DNA of 61,347 nucleotides from an uncultured Candidatus Saccharibacteria bacterium. GTDB lineage: Bacteria; Patescibacteriota; Minisyncoccia; Phycocordibacterales; PALSA-1337. How positions within the stretch are numbered: the first letter of the stretch is position 1; every line of letters begins with the position of its first letter. The stretch is from NCBI GenBank assembly GCA_964646515.1, contig CAZYES010000002.1, positions 1 to 61,347 on the forward strand, read 5' to 3'. Below, piece after piece: positions 56,073 to 61,347 of the stretch. A program made the translations under genes and the position numbers. The notes under the pieces were generated by a model. The model saw nothing but the letters and a program-made list of their open reading frames with translations. It made no database searches and was not told where the DNA came from.

Positions 56073-56345
56073 TTATTTTTTTAAGTCTAACTTTTTTATA
56101 ATGGCCGAATAGCGCTTGGGGTTGTTCTTTTTGAGGTAACTCAAGTGTGTCTGTCTATCAGCAACCATACCAAGAAGCCCGCGCCTAGAGTGGTTATCTT
56201 TGCGATGCTTTTTGAGGTGGCCTGTCAGTTCGTCTATTCTTTTTGTTAAAAGGGCTACTTGGACTTCGGAAGAGCCAGTATCTTTGTCGTGAATGCCCGT
56301 TTCATTGATTATTCGTGTTTTTTGTCGTGTAGTTAACATGTGCAT
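56073..56345 (-). CDS. rpsO: 30S ribosomal protein S15
   Basis: [40 protein letters not shown]. Confidence 0.9.
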   Translation of the reverse strand: MHMLTTRQKTRIINETGIHDKDTGSSEVQVALLTKRIDELTGHLKKHRKDNHSRRGLLGMVADRQTHLSYLKKNNPKRYSAIIKKLDLKK

Positions 56346-56397
56346 ATGTTAGCACATATAAGTGTTGGAGGCAATCATACACGTTAATTTGGTTGCA

Positions 56398-56406
56398 TGT
56401 TATGAT
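56398..56406 (+). promoter_or_regulatory. extended -10 box TGtTATGAT, 6 nt upstream of the xerC/D ATG at 56413
   Basis: The sequence gcaTGtTATGATaaagctATG is read directly. Confidence 0.45.
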
Positions 56407-56412
56407 AAAGCT

Positions 56413-57339
56413 ATGTCGCACAATATATTTGAGTTAAAGAGACAATTTTTGGAGTACATTGAGATAGAGAAGGGCCGTTCTGTCAATACGGTTGAGAATT
56501 ATGACCGTTATTTATCTCGTTTTTTAAATTTTATAAAGAGCAAGAAACCAGAAGATATAAACCCAGAAACTATCAGAGAGTACAGGCTATGGCTCAACCG
56601 TCAGTCCACCGGCAACAATCGTGCCACTGGTCTAACATTGAAGAAAAAGACGCAGAATTATTATCTGATTGCTTTACGTGCTTTTTTGAAGTTTTTGTCC
56701 AAGAAAGGCATAAAAACACTCTCTCCGGAGTATATAGAACTTGCCAAGGTCGGCGAGCGTTCACTTGATTTGATCAACGGCGACGAACTCAGAAGACTTC
56801 TTTGTGCTCCAGAAGGTAACGATCTAAAGTCACTTCGAGATAAGGCCATTCTCGAACTGCTTTTTTCAACTGGTTTGCGTGTTTCCGAACTGTGTTCCCT
56901 TTCAAGTGAAATAGATTTGTCTACTGACGAAATGTCTGTTCGTGGCAAGGGAGACAAAGTCAGAGTTGTATTTTTGTCTAATGACGCGAAGAAGGCCATG
57001 AAGGAATATTTGAAAAAAAGAACAGATATGAGTGATGCCTTGTTTGTGAATATAGATGTCAAAAACAAGGAAAATGGTAGCCAGAGATTGACGAAGAGGT
57101 CAATTGAACGCATCGTGAAGCATTACGCGATCAAAGCTGGTATTTCTAAAAAAGTTACACCGCATGTTATTCGTCATTCATTTGCAACAGATTTGTTAAG
57201 GAATGGTGCTGATTTGAGGTCGGTTCAGATGCTTCTCGGTCATGCAAATATCAACACTACTCAGATTTATACTCATGTGACTGATAGTGAGCTCAAAAAA
57301 GTCCACCAAAAATTTCATGGCATAAATAGGAGGGAGTAA
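56413..57339 (+). CDS. xerC: XerC/XerD-family tyrosine recombinase
   Basis: RDKAILELLFSTGLRVSEL...HVIRHSFATDLLRNGADLRSVQMLLGHANINTTQIYTHV contains the R-H-R-Y residues. Confidence 0.9.
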   Translation: MSHNIFELKRQFLEYIEIEKGRSVNTVENYDRYLSRFLNFIKSKKPEDINPETIREYRLWLNRQSTGNNRATGLTLKKKTQNYYLIALRAFLKFLSKKGIKTLSPEYIELAKVGERSLDLINGDELRRLLCAPEGNDLKSLRDKAILELLFSTGLRVSELCSLSSEIDLSTDEMSVRGKGDKVRVVFLSNDAKKAMKEYLKKRTDMSDALFVNIDVKNKENGSQRLTKRSIERIVKHYAIKAGISKKVTPHVIRHSFATDLLRNGADLRSVQMLLGHANINTTQIYTHVTDSELKKVHQKFHGINRRE

Positions 57340-57379
57340 TTATCGTCACCTTGTAGGTGCGCAACCTTCTACATAGCGA

Positions 57380-57385
57380 TATAAT
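57380..57385 (+). promoter_or_regulatory. -10 box TATAAT, 6 nt upstream of the xth ATG
   Basis: The sequence gcgaTATAATcaggttATG is read directly. Confidence 0.45.
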
Positions 57386-57391
57386 CAGGTT

Positions 57392-58186
57392 ATGAGAATA
57401 ATTTCTTGGAATGTTAACGGGTTTCGCGCCAATATCAAAAAAGGTGGTTTTGATTGGTTTGTCAATGAATCGCCAGACATTTTTTGTATTCAAGAAGTGA
57501 AAGCAGAGGCTTCTCAGTTGGAAGATGGTATTCGTAATCCGGCCGGTTATTTTTCTTTTTTTGATCATTCGAAGGGCAGGAAGGGCTATAGTGGCGTGGC
57601 CGTTTATTCAAAGGTAGAGCCAGAGAAAGTGACTTACGGTATGGGCGACGAAGAATTTGATCAAGAAGGACGGTTTTTGGCCCTGTATTTCAGGGATGGA
57701 ACTTTTGGTAACGACTTGAAGAAATTTGTTTTGCTGAATGTATATTTCCCCAATGGTGGAGGTGGTCCAGATCGGTTGCTGTTCAAACTGAGGTATTATG
57801 ATCAATTTTTGAAGTATATAAATGCTCTAAAAAGAAATGGTTACGAAGTCATTTTTTGTGGTGATGTTAACACTGCCCATAAGGAGATAGATCTAGCGCG
57901 ACCCAAAGAAAACGTTGAAAACACGGGCTTTCTGCCTATTGAACGCGCCTGGATTGATCAGGTTATAAATGCTGGTTATGTGGATGTGTTTCGTCATTTT
58001 CATCATGATGGGAAAGATATGTACACTTACTGGGATATGAAAACGTTTGCCAGAGATCGTAATGTTGGTTGGCGCATTGATTATTTCTTTGTAACTGACG
58101 GAGTTTTGAAATTGGTAGATAGGGCCAGAATTTTAGATAACATAATGGGGTCAGATCATTGCCCGATCGATTTGGTAATTAAATAG
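57392..58186 (+). CDS. xth: exodeoxyribonuclease III
   Basis: MRIISWNVNGFRA...CIQEVK...GDVNTAH...SDHCPI. Confidence 0.9.
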   Translation: MRIISWNVNGFRANIKKGGFDWFVNESPDIFCIQEVKAEASQLEDGIRNPAGYFSFFDHSKGRKGYSGVAVYSKVEPEKVTYGMGDEEFDQEGRFLALYFRDGTFGNDLKKFVLLNVYFPNGGGGPDRLLFKLRYYDQFLKYINALKRNGYEVIFCGDVNTAHKEIDLARPKENVENTGFLPIERAWIDQVINAGYVDVFRHFHHDGKDMYTYWDMKTFARDRNVGWRIDYFFVTDGVLKLVDRARILDNIMGSDHCPIDLVIK

Positions 58187-58325
58187 AAATAGCCAGTCTG
58201 CATTCGTTCGCTGATTGTATTTTATAAAAAGAAAACCGCGTAGAGGTGATGTTCAGATGAATACCACATACCGCGGTTCTGAAGTTCAATCGAAAAAAAG
58301 AAAGAACTATAGGTCTTTTGACCCC

Positions 58326-58352
58326 ACGAATCCAAAAGGTGGATTCGTTTTC
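58326..58352 (+). terminator. intrinsic terminator 140 nt past xth
   Basis: ACGAATCC aaaaggt GGATTCGT followed by TTTT. Preceded by a second hairpin, AACCGCG(58234-58240)/CGCGGTT(58272-58278). Confidence 0.5.
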
Positions 58353-58422
58353 ATCGTGACCATTCCTTGAGTGACAGTGTGCACGTCTGATTGATACTAC
58401 TCTTCCGGAGGAAGGTATTTAT

Positions 58423-58665
58423 GTGATTGAGACGGAATACACGATCATATTATCGAGCAATGGAGCGATGAGAATTAAAAAGATTTTTTTCGAGAGAACT
58501 TCACGGACAAGAGAGATAGTGAAGCCTACCCTGCTTTTGGAAAGATCTATGATTTGTCTAGATCGCAGAAAAGTATTACCGAAAAAATTTCCATGCAGTT
58601 TCAGTAATATTTTTCTGCGATCACCTCGGATGACAAACAGGTCTGGTACAATTTTATGTCTTTAA
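58423..58665 (+). CDS. doubtful small basic ORF
   Basis: GTG start preceded by GGAGGAAGG. 80 aa with no recognisable motif. Confidence 0.2.
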   Translation: MIETEYTIILSSNGAMRIKKIFFERTSRTREIVKPTLLLERSMICLDRRKVLPKKFPCSFSNIFLRSPRMTNRSGTILCL

Positions 58666-58715
58666 AGGACATCTGTAAAGGACATAACTGTGGATAACTC
58701 GTATGCTATATTTTC

Positions 58716-60203
58716 TTAAAGGACATAATATTTACCTCGTATTTTTTCTAAGTCCTGTTTTTCTGCATCGTTTTTTCTCTCCTTACCTTTTTCTGATAAT
58801 AATTTAAGCTCATTTTCGGAAAGAGAAATTAACTTAACTATTCTTTTATTTAGGTATTCTTCGTTGTTTAATTCGGGGTTCTCCAAGACTTCTTCGAGTA
58901 AAGAGTTCAATATATAACCAATTTTGGGTCCAGGAGATATGTTCCCTATTTCCATAATTTTTTTACCATCAACCTTTAGCATTTTTACAGAAATAGGATC
59001 TCTCAGAGCTTCTTCTATCATAGATTTGTATTTCCTTAAGCGATAAGGGTTTTCTTTTGGCCTTCCTGTGCCTATTCGGTCACAGATACGTAAATTCATA
59101 AGATCCCATATATTTTCTTTACCCACATTAGCAATCATTCTTCTTACCGCTGAAAGCGTAATCGTCCCAGTATCGGCGAAAAACATGTGCCAACGTACCA
59201 ATTTTGTTACTTTTTCGATTGTTGCACGTGAAAACTTCAATCTTTCTAGTATTTTACGTGTTTCACGTGAACCAGTGATTTCGTGGCTATAGAATGTTGG
59301 TTGGCCTGTTTCACGTGAAAAACCCTTAGTTTTGGGCTTTCCAATATCATGTAATAGTGCTGCTAGCCTTGTTTCTAGGTCGAATTTCTTGAGAGCGGCG
59401 TGCTGTAGCGTTCTTATAAGATGGCCCCACACATCATAAGAATGCGCCTGTGGTTGTTCTATGCCCTTGGCGGTAGTAATTTCGGGGATAATATATTGGA
59501 GAATGCCAGAATCATATAGCATTTCCATACCTGTTTTTGGGTTTTGAGACATCAAGATTTTTATAAATTCATCACGGACTCGTTCTGCCGATATGCCTTT
59601 TATGAGTGAATTATGGCTCTTTATAGCCTTGAAAGTATCTCGGTCTATGGTAAAGCCGAGTTCAATGGCCAATCTTATAGCCCTTATCATTCTTAAGGAG
59701 TCCTCACTAAAGCGGTCGCCGGGATTTCCTACGGTTCTGATAATTTTGTCCTTTATATCAGAAAATCCAGCGTATAGATCAATTACGTCCTTTATAGCTC
59801 CATTGGACAAGCTGATAGCTATGGCGTTTACAGTAAAATCACGTCTTTTAAGATCATCCTCTATTTTGTCGCTAAACTTTACTTGATCGGGGTGTCTGCG
59901 GTCAGAATATCTAGATTCTAGGCGATATGGCGTGATTTCGACTTTCTTTATTGCTTCATCATTAGCTTCTTCGTTGATGACTATTACTGTACCAAATGTG
60001 TTTTCATATACTGTTTTCGGGAAAAGCTTTTGTATTTGTTCGGGTTTTGCATTGGTGGTGATATCCCAGTCTTTTGGTACTTTACCTAGAAATAGGTCAC
60101 GTACACAACCTCCAACTAAATATGCCTGGAAGCCACTCTTTTCAATAGTATCTATGATATTGACAATTTCTTTTGGGATGATGGTATTCGGGTCAATTTT
60201 CAT
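58716..60203 (-). CDS. cca: CCA-adding enzyme / poly(A)-polymerase-family nucleotidyltransferase with an HD domain
   Basis: GGCVRDLFLGKVPKDWDITT, RDFTVNA, and the HD segment LLHDIGKP. Confidence 0.85.
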   Translation of the reverse strand: MKIDPNTIIPKEIVNIIDTIEKSGFQAYLVGGCVRDLFLGKVPKDWDITTNAKPEQIQKLFPKTVYENTFGTVIVINEEANDEAIKKVEITPYRLESRYSDRRHPDQVKFSDKIEDDLKRRDFTVNAIAISLSNGAIKDVIDLYAGFSDIKDKIIRTVGNPGDRFSEDSLRMIRAIRLAIELGFTIDRDTFKAIKSHNSLIKGISAERVRDEFIKILMSQNPKTGMEMLYDSGILQYIIPEITTAKGIEQPQAHSYDVWGHLIRTLQHAALKKFDLETRLAALLHDIGKPKTKGFSRETGQPTFYSHEITGSRETRKILERLKFSRATIEKVTKLVRWHMFFADTGTITLSAVRRMIANVGKENIWDLMNLRICDRIGTGRPKENPYRLRKYKSMIEEALRDPISVKMLKVDGKKIMEIGNISPGPKIGYILNSLLEEVLENPELNNEEYLNKRIVKLISLSENELKLLSEKGKERKNDAEKQDLEKIRGKYYVL

Positions 60204-60258
60204 AGGACTATTCTACAATAATTTGGGATTTTTTCAAATATGCGTTAGTATTGCAACA

Positions 60259-60330
60259 TGCCCTCGTGGTGAAATGGATATCACTACAGTCTTCGGAACT
60301 GTCGTTGGGGGTTCGAATCCCTCCGGGGGC
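60259..60330 (+). tRNA. tRNA-Arg (anticodon TCG)
   Basis: GCCCTCG TG GTGA-AATGGATA-TCAC T ACAGT CTTCGGA ACTGT CGTTG GGGGG TTCGAAT CCCTC CGGGGGC A. Confidence 0.9.
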
Positions 60331-60450
60331 ACCGTTGATCTGTACCCCATAAAGTGGGTACAAATGATTAAGGCGTTTTCATTGGTAAGCCAATTACTTT
60401 TTTGTTTATATGCTTGCAAACCGAACTATTGATATAGTATTATATAATAC

Positions 60451-61125
60451 ATGCGTACAGATAGAGAAAAAGCCAATATAATGAGACACTCCGGAATGAC
60501 TTATTCGGAGATAAAGGCAAAACTCGGTATTTCTAAAAGCACTCTTTCAGATTGGTTTCGGGGCCAAGAATGGTCAAATGATATAGCCAGAGAAGCTGTG
60601 CGTAAAGCATCGCATTTTGGGGCGATGAGGTTGGTTGTATTGAATACAGTGAGAGGTGGTCGATTGAAGAGATTATATGAAGAGGCTAGGCAGGATGCAT
60701 TGGGTGACTTCAACGAACTCAAATATCATCCATTATTTATTTCTGGTGTTATGACATACTGGGCACATGGTGACAAAAGTTCAAAAAATAGGGTACTGGT
60801 CACCAGTTCAGACCCGAATATAATAAAAATTGCCAAACTGTTTCTTGAAAATATTTGCATGGTAAAACAGTTAAAAACGTGGTTGCTTATTGACCCAAAA
60901 ATACCAGAATCTATATGTCGAGCCCACTGGATATCAAAATGTGGCTTAAAATATGGACAGTTTGGTAAAAATATATTGGTGAGGCATAAAAGACAGTCAA
61001 AGAGACTGCATTATGGTGTTTGCAATATTGGCACCAGTAGTGCATACTTGAAAAGAAAAATTATGAAGTGGATAGAATTGATGGTAGAGGAAATCGGTGA
61101 AGAGAAGTATTTGATAATAGAATAG
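60451..61125 (+). CDS. HTH protein with a possible LAGLIDADG-like homing-endonuclease fold, between two tRNAs
   Basis: N-terminal HTH GMTYSEIKAKLGISKSTLSDWF. The YWAHGDKSSKNRVLVTSSDPNIIKIAKLFL segment resembles the (L)YxGEG.K...v.nsD block of LAGLIDADG enzymes. Tentative. Confidence 0.35.
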   Translation: MRTDREKANIMRHSGMTYSEIKAKLGISKSTLSDWFRGQEWSNDIAREAVRKASHFGAMRLVVLNTVRGGRLKRLYEEARQDALGDFNELKYHPLFISGVMTYWAHGDKSSKNRVLVTSSDPNIIKIAKLFLENICMVKQLKTWLLIDPKIPESICRAHWISKCGLKYGQFGKNILVRHKRQSKRLHYGVCNIGTSSAYLKRKIMKWIELMVEEIGEEKYLIIE

Positions 61126-61135
61126 TTCGAAATAA

Positions 61136-61206
61136 GCGGGTATCGTTTAGTGGTAGGACGCGTCCTTGCCAAGGACGAGGTGGGAGTTCGATTCTCCCTA
61201 CCCGCA
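61136..61206 (+). tRNA. tRNA-Gly (anticodon GCC)
   Basis: GCGGGTA TC GTTT-AGTGGTA-GGAC G CGTCC TTGCCAA GGACG AGGT GGGAG TTCGATT CTCCC TACCCGC A. Confidence 0.9.
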
Positions 61207-61259
61207 CCTCGACTCGTCGTCTCTCGCATACTACGTATGCTCGAGACTCCTCGCTCGGT

Positions 61260-61347
61260 GCAGGCACCATATTATTGCCTAGATCTTTGTTAGCAGGCAC
61301 CATATTATTGCCTAGATCTTTGTTAGCAGGCACCATATTATTGCCTA
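61260..61347 (+). repeat. 33-bp head-to-tail tandem repeat (2.7 copies, cut by the window edge)
   Basis: GCAGGCACCATATTATTGCCTAGATCTTTGTTA starts at 61260, 61293 and 61326. The copies are identical, and each contains the hairpin AGGCA-N9-TGCCT. Confidence 0.9.

Noticed and set aside
61260-61347. Possible CRISPR array at the right edge
   Set aside because: The 33-bp units are directly abutting and identical, with no unique spacers between them, and no cas genes are visible. This is a plain tandem repeat as far as the window shows.

Overview
This 61.3-kb window comes from an AT-rich, compact bacterial chromosome. The gene content fits Patescibacteria/CPR, which is an inference. The genetic code is standard, since TGA terminates rluD and the GIY-YIG gene. 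The backbone is housekeeping: mscL, polA, tsaE, a pilB-type ATPase, ruvB-yebC-ruvC, a PBP1A, the origin block dnaN-dnaA / rpmH-rnpA-yidC, rsmA, pcrA/uvrD, comM, pnp, rpsO, xerC/D, xth, cca, rplS and rluD. There are six tRNAs: His-GUG, Arg-CCG, Leu-GAG, Val-UAC, Arg-UCG and Gly-GCC. Four things stand out. (1) A 5.5-kb integrated element at tRNA-Leu(GAG) is bounded by byte-identical 174-bp direct repeats. It carries an HUH rolling-circle Rep, a large serine recombinase and a ~300-nt GC-rich domain with seven nested helices. (2) GC-rich, hairpin-dense modules sit immediately 3' of tRNAs and end in a second copy of the tRNA 3' end, with the duplication starting at the same T-loop nucleotide for Leu and Val. 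Related motifs recur elsewhere: a hairpin with a conserved loop and co-varying stems, and the 10-mer CGCTTCGCTC around a GIY-YIG minigene. (3) An 11-gene co-directional T4SS-like operon (VirB4-type ATPase, PrgI/VirB3-like, VirB6/TrbL-like and pilin-like proteins plus seven unknowns) lies next to oriC and has no relaxase or coupling protein. (4) Several smaller oddities are present. At least six genes have a -10 box 6-10 nt upstream of the ATG, implying leaderless mRNAs. An antitoxin-less MazF sits beside about 1 kb of non-coding DNA. A surface-protein gene has its signal peptide one frame off. An mpg gene has decayed to a remnant. A C12 tract lies against a promoter. A 33-bp tandem repeat runs off the right edge. 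Coordinates of RNA and regulatory features were derived by hand and may be off by a few nt.
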